Assembly (NCBI GenBank): GCA_027624555.1
Contig: JAQBWN010000003.1
Coordinates: forward strand, 1-50,163
Direction: 5' to 3'
DNA length: 50,163 bases
Origin: a bacterium
Lineage (GTDB): Bacteria; Patescibacteriota; Andersenbacteria; UBA10190
Shown: piece after piece, positions 19,189 to 29,347 of the stretch
How the letters are laid out: each line of letters opens with the position of its first letter
How positions within the stretch are numbered: the stretch's first letter is position 1
Program-made: the position numbers and the translations under genes
Notes under the pieces: generated by a model
The model's database searches: none
Seen by the model: only the letters and a program-made list of their open reading frames with translations
What the model was told of the DNA's origin: nothing

Positions 19189-19761
19189 GTTTACGTCGTA
19201 TAATACTTGCTCTTGTAAAAGTCTGTATGAAATAATTTCGCTCTCGGTGAACCATAGCGGAATTTCCCTCTTTGCTTCCTCGGGACTATCGGAACAATGA
19301 ATAAGGTTACGAACGGCTCGATTATCAAGACTGGAAAGCGCGTACGAGTCTACGGTTAAATCTCCGCGAATTGTTCCAACATCAGACGTTGCAGGTTCTG
19401 TGTCACCTACAAGTTTTTTTACGATTGCAACTGACTGGTTGCCCTCTATAACAAATGCAAGAACTGGCCCCGATGTAAAAAAGGCGACATTCGACTTAAT
19501 AATATCTTTTCCGTATTCCATAACTTCCTTTTCGATGGGCATTCCGTGTGCTTTTCTGTCTTCAGTTACGCGTGTTCCCTTTTTCATAAACCATTCTTCA
19601 TCTTTATTATAGTGCTTCCAGCATTGGTCAGCTTCGGGCACCAAAAACTTAATCGCTACAAACTTGAGCCCAGTACGTTCGAGGCGCGCCATGATGTCTC
19701 CCATTAATGAACGCTGTACTCCATCTGGCTTTATAATGACTAATGTTTGTTCTTTTATCAT
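19168..19761 (-). CDS. ndk: Nucleoside diphosphate kinase
   Basis: EQTLVIIKPDGVQR, GTIRGD, NLIHCSDS. Confidence 0.95.
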   Translation of the reverse strand: MIKEQTLVIIKPDGVQRSLMGDIMARLERTGLKFVAIKFLVPEADQCWKHYNKDEEWFMKKGTRVTEDRKAHGMPIEKEVMEYGKDIIKSNVAFFTSGPVLAFVIEGNQSVAIVKKLVGDTEPATSDVGTIRGDLTVDSYALSSLDNRAVRNLIHCSDSPEEAKREIPLWFTESEIISYRLLQEQVLYDVNLDGILE

Positions 19762-19768
19762 AGGTGTA

Positions 19769-20668
19769 TTACTTCTTGATACATAATTCTTGCAAAAAAG
19801 GCAAATGTGTTTTTCCGTTACACGAAATTCGCCATGAATTCCCTACAAATAGTATCGAAACAGTGCCTTGCGTATCTGTACGAAATATCTGAGTGCTTGC
19901 AAGCCGAGAAAGCACTTCTTTCGTAGGATGACCATACGTATTTGTAGCACTAACTGAAATTAATGATGCAGAAGGAGAAGTAGCGGAAAAAAACGCATCC
20001 GTTGTAGATGTTTTACTCCCATGATGACCGACTTTTAGTATATCTACGTCAAACGCATCAGCAGGCACTCGGGAGAGTATTTGCTTTTCTATCCCGGATT
20101 CTGCATCTCCGGTAAGCAAAAACGAAATAGGCTTTTTGCCCCTTGGCGCAATATCTGCACGCATAATAACAGACGCGTTATTCGATTTACTCTTTGCAAG
20201 CCTCTGCCACTCCCCGCCTGGTATCGGAGACATAACCCGAAGGGTCAGAAAACCAGCCCGGACACTCTGGCCGTACCATGCGTAGCGGTACGGAATATTT
20301 TTTTGCGTAAGCATATCAATAAACTGCTTTTTTATATCCGTAGTAGTTGCCGTATGCATCGGCATCAGCACCATACCAACATCATATGTATTTAATACAT
20401 GGGAAAGCCCTTCTACATGGTCCCGATCAAAATGGGTAGCAATTACAACTTCAATTGTCCTATCAAATAAAGGCATTTCTTCTGCAAGGCGTGTTAAAAC
20501 TTCCGAACCTGGCCCCCCATCAACTAATACTTGTATCGATTTTTCTTGAAACAGCAACGAATCTCCCTGCCCAACATCAAGCATGTGCATACCCGGCGTG
20601 CTAGGAAGCAAAATCATGCTGATTGCTACAACACACAAAAGCAGCAGTGCGTTCAACAAAGGCATATT
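19769..20668 (-). CDS. ComEC-type metallo-beta-lactamase domain protein (start uncertain)
   Basis: LDVGQGDS, LVDGG, THFDRDH, LLTGD, LKVGHHGS, YGHP, RTD..G. Confidence 0.9.
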   Translation of the reverse strand, partial: NMPLLNALLLLCVVAISMILLPSTPGMHMLDVGQGDSLLFQEKSIQVLVDGGPGSEVLTRLAEEMPLFDRTIEVVIATHFDRDHVEGLSHVLNTYDVGMVLMPMHTATTTDIKKQFIDMLTQKNIPYRYAWYGQSVRAGFLTLRVMSPIPGGEWQRLAKSKSNNASVIMRADIAPRGKKPISFLLTGDAESGIEKQILSRVPADAFDVDILKVGHHGSKTSTTDAFFSATSPSASLISVSATNTYGHPTKEVLSRLASTQIFRTDTQGTVSILFVGNSWRISCNGKTHLPFLQELCIKK

Positions 20669-21963
20669 CATATCCACCACTGCCGCCAAGAAATCTTATG
20701 CCACTTCATAATAACTATGATACCAAGCATGAGCACAGCATAATATAATCCAATACCCCACAATGGGAACAAAATATTTTCAAAATGCCCATAGGGAATG
20801 CTTGCGCATAGTCTGGCCACAAAAAGTATCCATGCAAGAAGCAGGTGAACAACAAAAGCGATCATGAGCGCAAATGGAAATGCAAATGCTTGGAGAACGA
20901 GTGCTATGAGCACTGCATACGTTACAAGCGGCAACAGAGGAATAACGACTATATTGGTAATAATTCCAACTAAAGAAACAGTTCCAAAATAATACAATGT
21001 GAGTGGTGCAGTTGTGAGCGTTGCCCCAAAAGATACCGCACATAATGTGAAAATAGCTTTAAGATACGGAGCAACTCGAATCCTTCTCGTGAAAAAAATT
21101 GCAATTCCTATGCCACAAACAGCAGTAACGGAAAGCTGGAATCCAATTGTATTAATGATACGTGGAGACGATGTAAGCAATACGGCGAGTGTAAGAAAAA
21201 TGACCGTTAAAGTCCCCGTAAGTGCTCGTACGTGATACGCCAGCACATATAACGTCCAGAATACACCTGCACGGACTGCGGACGCAGGGAAGCCCACTGA
21301 TGCGATGTATACCCAAAGCAAACTAAAAATTAATATAGAGCGAATAAACCCTGGTATTTGAAAAATACTTATACAGACTGTAAGTACGATTGCGATTATA
21401 GAAACATGCAAACCCGATATAGAAAGAATATGCGTAATGCCGCTATTTCGATATACATCTTTTATTTCCTTCCCAATTCCGCCCTGATCCCCAGTGAGCA
21501 TAGCAACAAGCAAAGAACTGTCTGGTTCTCGAAAAAGAGTTGTGAGCAAAGATGCAATTCTGACGCGAAAGGTATCGATGTATACATCTTTTTTTTGTAA
21601 AATTTTTACCTCAGCATTTTTAACCACAAAAGAAACATTTTCATCACGAAGAAACTCCGCATATTCCGGTATTCCACTAAAAGCATCTTCGGGTGTTTCT
21701 TGCTTCCCACTAATTTCCACAATGCTACCGCGCACAAGCACCGGAAATCGCGGCGCGTACACTAAGCGTAAGCAACCATTTTCTTGCGTGAACACATATC
21801 GTGCCTGGGTTGGTGCAAGTGCGATTGTTTTTGTAAGCGTTGCAGTACTTTTTTCAGAAGCCTGGCAATTACTAGTTTGCATCGCATCTTTTTGTGCACC
21901 ATAAAAATACCCAAGTAAGAACAAAAGCGCAGCTGCTACGGCAGTGGGCACATTTACGCGCAT
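20668..21963 (-). CDS. comEC: ComEC/Rec2 competence membrane domain protein
   Basis: MLTGD, SGITHILSISGLHV, SAVRA, GFQLS; many transmembrane segments. Confidence 0.9.
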   Translation of the reverse strand: MRVNVPTAVAAALLFLLGYFYGAQKDAMQTSNCQASEKSTATLTKTIALAPTQARYVFTQENGCLRLVYAPRFPVLVRGSIVEISGKQETPEDAFSGIPEYAEFLRDENVSFVVKNAEVKILQKKDVYIDTFRVRIASLLTTLFREPDSSLLVAMLTGDQGGIGKEIKDVYRNSGITHILSISGLHVSIIAIVLTVCISIFQIPGFIRSILIFSLLWVYIASVGFPASAVRAGVFWTLYVLAYHVRALTGTLTVIFLTLAVLLTSSPRIINTIGFQLSVTAVCGIGIAIFFTRRIRVAPYLKAIFTLCAVSFGATLTTAPLTLYYFGTVSLVGIITNIVVIPLLPLVTYAVLIALVLQAFAFPFALMIAFVVHLLLAWILFVARLCASIPYGHFENILFPLWGIGLYYAVLMLGIIVIMKWHKISWRQWWI

Positions 21964-22052
21964 AAAACACCTACAATAATCCCAACTATCCAACTACCAA
22001 CCAGAAGCGCGATATTCTGTCGCATACCCTTGTAGGGTACACTAGCGACGAG

Positions 22053-23264
22053 TTACTCAATAGGCTCGTCAGTTTGAGTTTGCTTCCGTTCTCTCATTTT
22101 TCTACGAATGAACGTAGGAACTTCCAAGTCTTCCTCTTCTGCACTGCCAAATTTTTGAGGTATAGTATTTTGCCTATTCATCGGAGACATACTTTGCCCA
22201 TATGGTGACCGAAGTGGTTGCGGTTGTCGTGGTGCTTCTTGTTGGATCGGCATATGTTGTGCAGGCATATATGCTGCATTTTGGCTTGGCCGCACCATAC
22301 TTTGCGGCTTATCAAAACCGGTTGCAACTACAGTAATTTTCATTTCGCCTTCCTCAACTTGATCTGAATCCATAACAGCCCCAAAAATAACCTTTGCATG
22401 AGGGTCAGCATGCTCTGTAATCGTTCTTGCGACAGCCTCCACTTCATACATGCGCAAATCTGGACCAGCGGTAATATTAAACACAATACCCTTTGCTCCA
22501 TCTATAGTAATATCAAGCATGGGGCTATCAATTGCAGCACGAGCTGCCTCTATTGCCCGGTTTTCCCCAGACGCTCTCCCAATACCCATAAGCGCAGATC
22601 CTGCATTTTGCATAATAGCTTTAATGTCTGCAAAGTCTACGTTTACCATTCCATGGTGAGTAATTAAGTCCGAAATACCCTGAACTCCTTGCCGCAACAC
22701 ATCATCAACTACGCGAAATGCATCTATAAGGCTGGTTTTCTTATCAATTATTTGGAGAAGTCTATCGTTTGGGATAACCACAGAAGCATCTGCTCTGCTT
22801 TGCAATTCTACCAGCGCTTCTTCGGCAAGTGTCATTCGTTGTTGTCCTTCAAAAGAAAAAGGTTTTGTAACAATAGCCACTGTTAAAGCGCCAACCTCGC
22901 GTGCAATTTCAGATACTACGGGAAGTGCACCTGTAGCCGTTCCTCCGCCGAAACCTCCAGCAGTAAATACCATATCGGAACCTTTAAGAAGTTCATAAAT
23001 TTCTTCTCGACTTTCTTCTGCTGCCTGTTGCCCGAGTGCTGGGTTCATTCCTGCCCCAAGGCCTCGCGTTACGGTTTGCCCAATGTGCAGTTTTGTAGGT
23101 GCACCCGAATAATGGAGCGCCTGTGCGTCGGTATTTACTGCAATAAATTCTACTCCTTTTATATTCGCCTGGATCATTCGATTGAGCGCTGCGTTTCCGC
23201 CACCGCCAATGCCAACAACCTTAATGTTCGCTACGTTTTCAATAGTGGGCCGTTTGAGTGGCAT
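22053..23264 (-). CDS. ftsZ: Cell division protein FtsZ
   Basis: IKVVGIGGGGNAA, NTDAQAL, GGGTATG tubulin motif, NVDFAD, LEVPTFIRR. Confidence 0.99.
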   Translation of the reverse strand: MPLKRPTIENVANIKVVGIGGGGNAALNRMIQANIKGVEFIAVNTDAQALHYSGAPTKLHIGQTVTRGLGAGMNPALGQQAAEESREEIYELLKGSDMVFTAGGFGGGTATGALPVVSEIAREVGALTVAIVTKPFSFEGQQRMTLAEEALVELQSRADASVVIPNDRLLQIIDKKTSLIDAFRVVDDVLRQGVQGISDLITHHGMVNVDFADIKAIMQNAGSALMGIGRASGENRAIEAARAAIDSPMLDITIDGAKGIVFNITAGPDLRMYEVEAVARTITEHADPHAKVIFGAVMDSDQVEEGEMKITVVATGFDKPQSMVRPSQNAAYMPAQHMPIQQEAPRQPQPLRSPYGQSMSPMNRQNTIPQKFGSAEEEDLEVPTFIRRKMRERKQTQTDEPIE

Positions 23265-23343
23265 ATACTATTCATCGTACGAACGAAAAAAAGAATGTCA
23301 ACACAAAGTGGTGTTCATCTCGAACACACTTGGTGTTCGTAAC

Positions 23344-24582
23344 TCAAGGAAGAAACGTTTTTGCCCAGCCTCGAACCTTAGAAAGTGTTGCGCCAATGTT
23401 CGGTAAACGTATCGAGGAATGAAAAGATGGTCTGCTTTCTTGCTCTATTGCAAAATGTATAAGCCCGATACCAACACTATATTCTGGTTCATCGGTACCG
23501 TCAGCTAACCCCCCAAGTATTGCAGGGCGACCAATACGGACAGGAAGGCGAAGCTTCTTTTTCGCAAGATCTACGAGCCCTTCCATGTGTGCCCCTCCAC
23601 CAGTTAAAATAACTCCAGCAGGGAGAATGCCACTCCGTCCAATTGACTTCAGTTCACGGTCAACAAACGAAAGTAGTTCATCGAGCCGAGCACTAATAAT
23701 ATTCGCGACTTCTCGTCGTGAAATAGTTTCTTGTTCACTGTCTTCTCCTTCTATAGAAATTGTTTCATTTTGATGTACGTCAGAAGGAACCGCGGTACCG
23801 TGAGAAACTTTTAGTGCTTCAGCAATCTCAATAGATGTCCGTAGGCCAATAGCGATATCGTTCGTAATGTGAGAAGTGCCAACTGGCAACACACTTGTAT
23901 GTAACAGCACGTGTTCCTCATACACAACCATGCTCGTGGTGCCTGCACCCAAATCAACCAACACAACACCAAGTTCCTTTTGTCGCTTATCCAGAACCGC
24001 AAGGGCACACGCAAGAGGCGCGAACACAAAATCTTCAATATGAACTCCTGCCTGATTCACAACCTTGGTAAGATTTTTAATAAACGGTACCGAACCTTCG
24101 ATAACGTGCGCCTCTACTTCAAGTCGGACACCTGTCATGCCTACTGGGTCACTAATATGCTCCTGACCATCAACAATATAGTTTTGCGGTAGCACATGAA
24201 GTATTTCCCTATTTTGAGGCAGCGAAATTGCCTGCGCAGCATTAATAACGCGGTCTACATCATCTGTTGTTATCTCCCCATCTGCTCTGCTTACTGCAAT
24301 AATTCCACGCAAGTTATGAGAAGTGAGGTGTGACCCGTTAATACTTACATATGCTTTTTCTACCATAACCCCAGATACCCGCTCTGCCATGTCACGAGCT
24401 TCGCCAAGGGCAGCAACTGCCTCTTCCACATCTGTAATAACACCTCTTTGCATGCCGCGCATTTGCACAACACCTACACCGAGAATTTTTACTTCTTCGC
24501 TGCCCAGTTCTTTTTGGGCTACTAGTACACGCACAGCACTCGAGCCTATATCAATACCTATAAATGTGTGGGGAGTCTTCAT
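23344..24582 (-). CDS. ftsA: Cell division protein FtsA
   Basis: GIDIGSS, DPVGMTGVRLE, VDLGAGTT, GVILTGGGA. Confidence 0.98.
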   Translation of the reverse strand: MKTPHTFIGIDIGSSAVRVLVAQKELGSEEVKILGVGVVQMRGMQRGVITDVEEAVAALGEARDMAERVSGVMVEKAYVSINGSHLTSHNLRGIIAVSRADGEITTDDVDRVINAAQAISLPQNREILHVLPQNYIVDGQEHISDPVGMTGVRLEVEAHVIEGSVPFIKNLTKVVNQAGVHIEDFVFAPLACALAVLDKRQKELGVVLVDLGAGTTSMVVYEEHVLLHTSVLPVGTSHITNDIAIGLRTSIEIAEALKVSHGTAVPSDVHQNETISIEGEDSEQETISRREVANIISARLDELLSFVDRELKSIGRSGILPAGVILTGGGAHMEGLVDLAKKKLRLPVRIGRPAILGGLADGTDEPEYSVGIGLIHFAIEQESRPSFHSSIRLPNIGATLSKVRGWAKTFLP

Positions 24583-24586
24583 AGTG

Positions 24587-24967
24587 CTATACGTAAAAAA
24601 TTAGCGCAGGAAGTAATATCAATATTCCTACAATACATGCACCTATACTTGCGAGCAAAACCGCTCCAGCAGCCATGTCTTTCACGTCCCGTATTTTTTC
24701 GCTAAATTCCGGATGAACTATATCCGATAATATCTCAAATGATGTGTTAATGATTTCCAGTGTAATAACAAGTATAATCGCAAGCACAAGAACTGCCATA
24801 TGAAAGAATGGCAAACGGAGATATAGCATCGCGCACACAACAAGTGTTCCTATAACAACTTGGACGCGTACATTTATTTCTCGAACAAAAACACCCTTTA
24901 GCCCAAGGAATGCAAAAGAAATGGCTTCAAAAATAGTACTGCTACGATGCCACTGATTCATATTCAT
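24587..24967 (-). CDS. dgkA: Diacylglycerol/undecaprenol kinase family protein
   Basis: FAFLGL..EIN, LEIINTSFE..D, VKDMAAGAVL; follows ybeY. Confidence 0.88.
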   Translation of the reverse strand: MNMNQWHRSSTIFEAISFAFLGLKGVFVREINVRVQVVIGTLVVCAMLYLRLPFFHMAVLVLAIILVITLEIINTSFEILSDIVHPEFSEKIRDVKDMAAGAVLLASIGACIVGILILLPALIFYV

Positions 24968-24972
24968 ACCTA

Positions 24973-25407
24973 TTAGTATACATCGGAAAGTGAAATCGCT
25001 ACGAATCCACATGCAAGTAAAATTTCCCGTTCCGCTTCTTTCATGATAAATGAATCCTTTTTTGATGCTTCATGATCCATTCCACACACGTGAAGTACCG
25101 CATGTGTTACAAGAAGCGCTACGTAATCGCGAATTGCAATACCGCGAGTCTCAGCTTCAGCACGCGCAACCTCCATGCAAATTGCAATGTCATGATCTCC
25201 TTCTGGTTCATATGAAAAGGTAAGTATATTCGTCGGAATATCTTTATTTCGGTATTCCTTATTTAATCGCTGTATTTCTTCCACTCCTACACATCTCATT
25301 GCAACTTCGTCATCAGCAACGTTACGTTTCATACGAGCCGCCTGCCAAAGATTCTCTAATTCACTCTTGGTAAGTGGAAAATCTTTGCAACCTGAAAACA
25401 CGAACAT
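24973..25407 (-). CDS. ybeY: rRNA maturation RNase YbeY
   Basis: LNKEYRNKDIPTNILTF, HAVLHVCGMDH. Confidence 0.93.
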   Translation of the reverse strand: MFVFSGCKDFPLTKSELENLWQAARMKRNVADDEVAMRCVGVEEIQRLNKEYRNKDIPTNILTFSYEPEGDHDIAICMEVARAEAETRGIAIRDYVALLVTHAVLHVCGMDHEASKKDSFIMKEAEREILLACGFVAISLSDVY

Positions 25408-25422
25408 AATTGATGCGTCGAA

Positions 25423-26064
25423 CTACAACTTATCGTTTGGGGAAGCAATAAGAGGATTATATCCACGAGTTATTTCTTCTCCGTCAGAATAGCCATCTTT
25501 ATCCGTATCCGGATTAAAAGGATCTGTTCCAAATTTTCGCTCATCCGGATCGGGAAACCCGTCATTGTCTGAATCTAATTTTCCCGAACCCAACGGATTA
25601 TATCCGTTCCGCACTTCATCGCCATCTAAATAGCTGTCACCATCAGTATCCGGGATATTAGGATCTGTTCCATAGTACCTCTCTTCTGCGTTCGTGAGCC
25701 CGTCATTATCAGGGTCTGCAAGATCAGATGTGTCATTTGAAAGTATTTCTGGTACCAAAACAGGCATTCCAATTTCAGCTGGGGCAATACTTGTTACTGG
25801 AACAGGGCTATACGTAGGTATAACGGTTGATACTGGCTTTGTAAATAATCCGTATACAAGAAAAACCACTGCGACAAGCGAAACAACGGCAATAAATATG
25901 CCAATACTAATAAACACCCACCTGGCTGCATGCCTGCTCTCCATTGCATGCTTCGTAACAGATATTGGAGCAACGCCTATAGGTGACGGAATACTTTTCA
26001 AAGGCGCAAATGGGTCAGGAATATCAAACCCTTCTCCCGGTATATTAATTGGAGGCGTTGTCAT
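25423..26064 (-). CDS. Membrane-anchored protein with bacterial TSP3-like Ca-binding repeats
   Basis: One TM segment then DPDNDGLT..GTDP..DTDGD.Y.DG.E..GYNPL twice; start re-assigned to MTTPP because the ORF-track start lies in a repeat. Confidence 0.8.
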   Translation of the reverse strand: MTTPPINIPGEGFDIPDPFAPLKSIPSPIGVAPISVTKHAMESRHAARWVFISIGIFIAVVSLVAVVFLVYGLFTKPVSTVIPTYSPVPVTSIAPAEIGMPVLVPEILSNDTSDLADPDNDGLTNAEERYYGTDPNIPDTDGDSYLDGDEVRNGYNPLGSGKLDSDNDGFPDPDERKFGTDPFNPDTDKDGYSDGEEITRGYNPLIASPNDKL

Positions 26065-26113
26065 AATTATATAATCATTATAAAGGATAATAGTATTTAT
26101 AACAAAAAAGCGC

Positions 26114-26200
26114 GTCATCCCGCTACGCCCCACATAGCTCTTTGAGCGACGTGGGGGGGGTGACATAAACGTGGATCCCGGCTCATGGGCCGGGATAACA
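26114..26200. repeat. Compound REP-like palindromes downstream of rpsU
   Basis: GTCATCCC..CCCCAC-ATAGCTCTTTGAGCGAC-GTGGGG..GGTGAC, then CGTGGATCCCGGCTCATGGGCCGGGATAACA. Confidence 0.75.
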
Positions 26201-26208
26201 GTTACCTC

Positions 26209-26460
26209 TTAAAAATGTCTGCCTTTTTTTTGTGGGAAAGAAAATTCATCTATCTCTCCAGTTTTTATCAATCGCTCACGCTCAGCTTGGAGCTCCCCTT
26301 TTCGTTGTGCTTCTTCACGAATCCTATTCTTGCTTTTCTTCGGCTCATGATATCTAACTTTTTTTGCCTGCAATAATACTCCACTTTGTTGCACAATGCG
26401 AGTAAACCGACGGACTAACCCTTCGGAATTTTCATGATCTCTTTTTTTTGCCTCTAACAC
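26209..26460 (-). CDS. rpsU: 30S ribosomal protein S21 (GTG start)
   Basis: KKRDHENSEGLVRRFTRIVQQSGVL..AKKVRYHEPKKS; TAGGAGGTG SD upstream. Confidence 0.85.
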   Translation of the reverse strand: MLEAKKRDHENSEGLVRRFTRIVQQSGVLLQAKKVRYHEPKKSKNRIREEAQRKGELQAERERLIKTGEIDEFSFPQKKGRHF

Positions 26461-26555
26461 AAACAACACCTCCTATTAAAAATAATACCGTGAATAAATC
26501 CTTAAAAAACCTTAGCACGCGAAGCGCACAAAGTCAATGTGCGAAAGCAAACGTT

Positions 26556-26963
26556 CTACTTGCCTCCTAAAAACTTCGTACCGCTAAAGTACCCTCCCGG
26601 ACCATCAGCTACCCCCAATGCGACAAGAAGCGTATTTACAATAATGTACGCCAAGAGGATAACTGCAAGCCCAATTAATGCTTGCGTTATAGTACTCTTG
26701 CCCCGCTTTACATGCTCCTCATCTACCGAGTAGAGGAACATTTGCACGCCACCATATATTAGAAGCCCAAGTGCAACAATACCCGCCATCCCAAGTAAAA
26801 AGTTGTAAATTCCAATAAGTAACTCAAAGAGGTCTTTCAACTCACAAAGCCTTTGAGTTCCCTGCGGTCCACATTTTACGATTCCAGTGCCCTGCGCATA
26901 CGCGAGTACTGGGCTAATCCATCCAAGTAATACAAAAAAATATGTAAAAAATCGTTGTTTCAT
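26556..26963 (-). CDS. VirB2/TrbC-like (CPR-type) pilin
   Basis: Signal peptide ending AYA, Cys pair, GIVALGLLIYGG..M, GKSTITQALIGLAVILLAYIIV. Confidence 0.8.
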   Translation of the reverse strand: MKQRFFTYFFVLLGWISPVLAYAQGTGIVKCGPQGTQRLCELKDLFELLIGIYNFLLGMAGIVALGLLIYGGVQMFLYSVDEEHVKRGKSTITQALIGLAVILLAYIIVNTLLVALGVADGPGGYFSGTKFLGGK

Positions 26964-27319
26964 GCCTTGCATCTCAGTGGCCCAAGCGGCTCTCCTCCTA
27001 ATATATGAATGTGAAGATGAGGAATTTCCTGGCCAGCGTGCAAACCGATATTCGTTATTACCCTATAGCCTGACTTCATTATTCCCGCATCTCGCGCTAC
27101 ATGCGTTGCGTCGTGCAATAACTTTCCCATCAAGAGGTGGTCATCTCCAACCATCCCGTCAAGTGACGTGATGTGTTGCTTGGGAATTCCTACAATGTGT
27201 ACGGGTGCTTGCGGGTGAATATCCTTAAAAAACAGTGTATCGCCTCCATCAAATAAAATATCCGCGGAAATTGTTCCGCTGATTATGTTGCAAAATATAC
27301 ACGTGTCTGACTGTTCCAT
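26960..27319 (-). CDS. Histidine triad (HIT/Hint) nucleotide-binding protein
   Basis: CIFCNI, FKDIHPQAPVH, GQEIPHLHIHILGG. Confidence 0.95.
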   Translation of the reverse strand: MEQSDTCIFCNIISGTISADILFDGGDTLFFKDIHPQAPVHIVGIPKQHITSLDGMVGDDHLLMGKLLHDATHVARDAGIMKSGYRVITNIGLHAGQEIPHLHIHILGGEPLGPLRCKA

Positions 27320-27320
27320 T

Positions 27321-28649
27321 TTATAGCCTAACAATATTAAGTCTACGCTCCAATTCTTTTACCAGCTTATCACGATCTATAACTTCCTGCATACCACTTT
27401 CCATATTGCGAAGAATAACGGTTTGATCCAATACTTCTTTTTGCCCAATAATAATGGTCCACTGAACTTTTAATCTATCTGCCATTCTAAGTTGTGGCTG
27501 CATACCATCACGGTCAATGCTTTCCGCAAACGGAATATCGGCATCGCGCAAATCTTTCATAATTTTAAGCCCCAAAAGCTTTGCCTGTTCTCCTAATTGT
27601 GCAATAAAGAGCTTTGGCTGATCTCCGAGCATTAGCTCAATTCCCTCTTCTTTTACTCGCTCAATAACGCGTTCGATACCAATTGCAGCACCTATTGCAG
27701 GAACATCTTTTCCACCTAACTGTTTCACTAAATTATTATATCTCCCGCCGCCCGCAAACGTGTTTTGTTGAGATAACCCGCGAGTAGATTTCGGAACAAA
27801 TTCAAATACGGTGTGCGTATAGTAATCAAGCCCACGAACTAAGGAAGGAGTCACTTCATACGGAACACCAAGTTCCTGTAAACTCTCGAGAATATATTCA
27901 AAATGTTTTTTAGAAGATTCTGAAAGATGGTCAATTAGGCGAGGAGCCGTATTACCTACTTGCTGACATTTTTCCTCCTTACAATCAAGCAGCCGAAGTG
28001 GGTTAGATACCAAACGATCCTTACAATCGCGACATAATTTTTGTCGATTTCTTTTATAATGGTCTTTCAAAAGTGAAATATATGCAACCCGCTCTGCTGG
28101 TTCGCCGAGAGTATTGATGAGTACTATAAAATCTTCCAGACCCAAATGTTTAAAATAGAGATGCAATACATAGATAACCTGGACATCAGTAATAGGAGAC
28201 GCAGAACCAACTACCTCCACCCCTACCTGGTGAAACTCGCGAAGTCTACCTGCTTGAGGCCGTTCGTAGCGAAAAAAAGATCCAATCATAAATAGCTTCA
28301 CTGGCCTTGGCCAACTTCTCATTCCGTGTTCAATATATGAACGAATCATGGAAGCAGTGCCTTCTGGTCGCAGTGCATAGTGCGAACCTTTGCCACGAGA
28401 CTTCACCTCGAACAATTCTTTCTGAACAATGTCTGTATCATTTCCTATACCGCGGGTAAACAAGTTAATGTCCTCAAATGTCGGAGTTTCTATTTGCTGA
28501 AAATGCCATCCTCGTAAAAATGATTTTGCGTTCTCTATTACATATTCCCAATACTTCTGGTCAGAAGGGAGCAAATCAGTAGTACCGCGAGGACTTCTAA
28601 GCGGAAATTCAACATTTGAAGTATTTTTTTTCTTTTTAGAAACAGCCAT
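27321..28649 (-). CDS. hisS: Histidine--tRNA ligase
   Basis: PRGTTD, LRPEGTA, FRYERPQAGR, LVRGLDYY, GGGRY, GIER. Confidence 0.98.
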   Translation of the reverse strand: MAVSKKKKNTSNVEFPLRSPRGTTDLLPSDQKYWEYVIENAKSFLRGWHFQQIETPTFEDINLFTRGIGNDTDIVQKELFEVKSRGKGSHYALRPEGTASMIRSYIEHGMRSWPRPVKLFMIGSFFRYERPQAGRLREFHQVGVEVVGSASPITDVQVIYVLHLYFKHLGLEDFIVLINTLGEPAERVAYISLLKDHYKRNRQKLCRDCKDRLVSNPLRLLDCKEEKCQQVGNTAPRLIDHLSESSKKHFEYILESLQELGVPYEVTPSLVRGLDYYTHTVFEFVPKSTRGLSQQNTFAGGGRYNNLVKQLGGKDVPAIGAAIGIERVIERVKEEGIELMLGDQPKLFIAQLGEQAKLLGLKIMKDLRDADIPFAESIDRDGMQPQLRMADRLKVQWTIIIGQKEVLDQTVILRNMESGMQEVIDRDKLVKELERRLNIVRL

Positions 28650-28683
28650 ATGGTAAGACAGTGTACAAGGAAAATAAAAAAAA

Positions 28684-29295
28684 TCAAGTGGCTGTTATAA
28701 AGCGTGGAGATATTGGATAGAACAGCAACATACGATTTAAGGGCCACAATCGAATCCAGGCCCTGCCAATGATTTCGTCGCGCTTTACCGCTCCCCATAA
28801 TCTAGAGTCGGAACTCTCAGACCTGTTATCTCCCAAAATAAAATACTCCCCATCATTTAAGTGTATATTTATTTGTCCGCCCGTTCGTACGCCAGATGCA
28901 AGATACTTTAATTCTTCAATTTCCGCACCGCTGGGATATGCGCTATTACTGATAATTACTCGTCCATCATTCACCTGTATATCTTCGCCAGGCAGTCCAA
29001 TTACTCTTTTAATGAAAAACTTGGTGTGATCTTGTGGGTACTGAAATACAATTACCTCGCCTCTTCTTGGATCTCGAAACCGATATGACAATTGATCTAT
29101 GACAAGGTATTCTCCATCATGAAAACTTGGCTCCATAGAAGATCCTCGTACAAAAAATGGTTGCACTACAAAATACCGAATGGGAACAATTATCACCATT
29201 GCTAAAATAAAAGCTTTCAATAACTCCCAAAAAAATAACCCGAGTGCGCCACCAAAAGAGTCTCTCTCCTTTTTTAGTTCTTCCATACGCTTCAT
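28684..29295 (-). CDS. lepB: Signal peptidase I (start uncertain)
   Basis: GSSMEPS, FIKRVIGLPG, YFILGDNRSESSDSR. Confidence 0.95.
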   Translation of the reverse strand: MKRMEELKKERDSFGGALGLFFWELLKAFILAMVIIVPIRYFVVQPFFVRGSSMEPSFHDGEYLVIDQLSYRFRDPRRGEVIVFQYPQDHTKFFIKRVIGLPGEDIQVNDGRVIISNSAYPSGAEIEELKYLASGVRTGGQINIHLNDGEYFILGDNRSESSDSRLWGAVKRDEIIGRAWIRLWPLNRMLLFYPISPRFITAT

Positions 29296-29347
29296 TGTAC
29301 GGACGATATTGCACATTTGGCAAGTTATATATACTATTGAACTGATA

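Noticed and set aside
23299-23337. Hairpin between ftsA and ftsZ (and another at about 22018-22048 after ftsZ)
   Set aside because: Imperfect single-copy stems, most simply mRNA-stabilising or terminating structures.
26065-26166. N-terminal extension of the TSP3-like protein
   Set aside because: The upstream start lies inside the REP-like palindrome; MTTPP at 26064 is more plausible.
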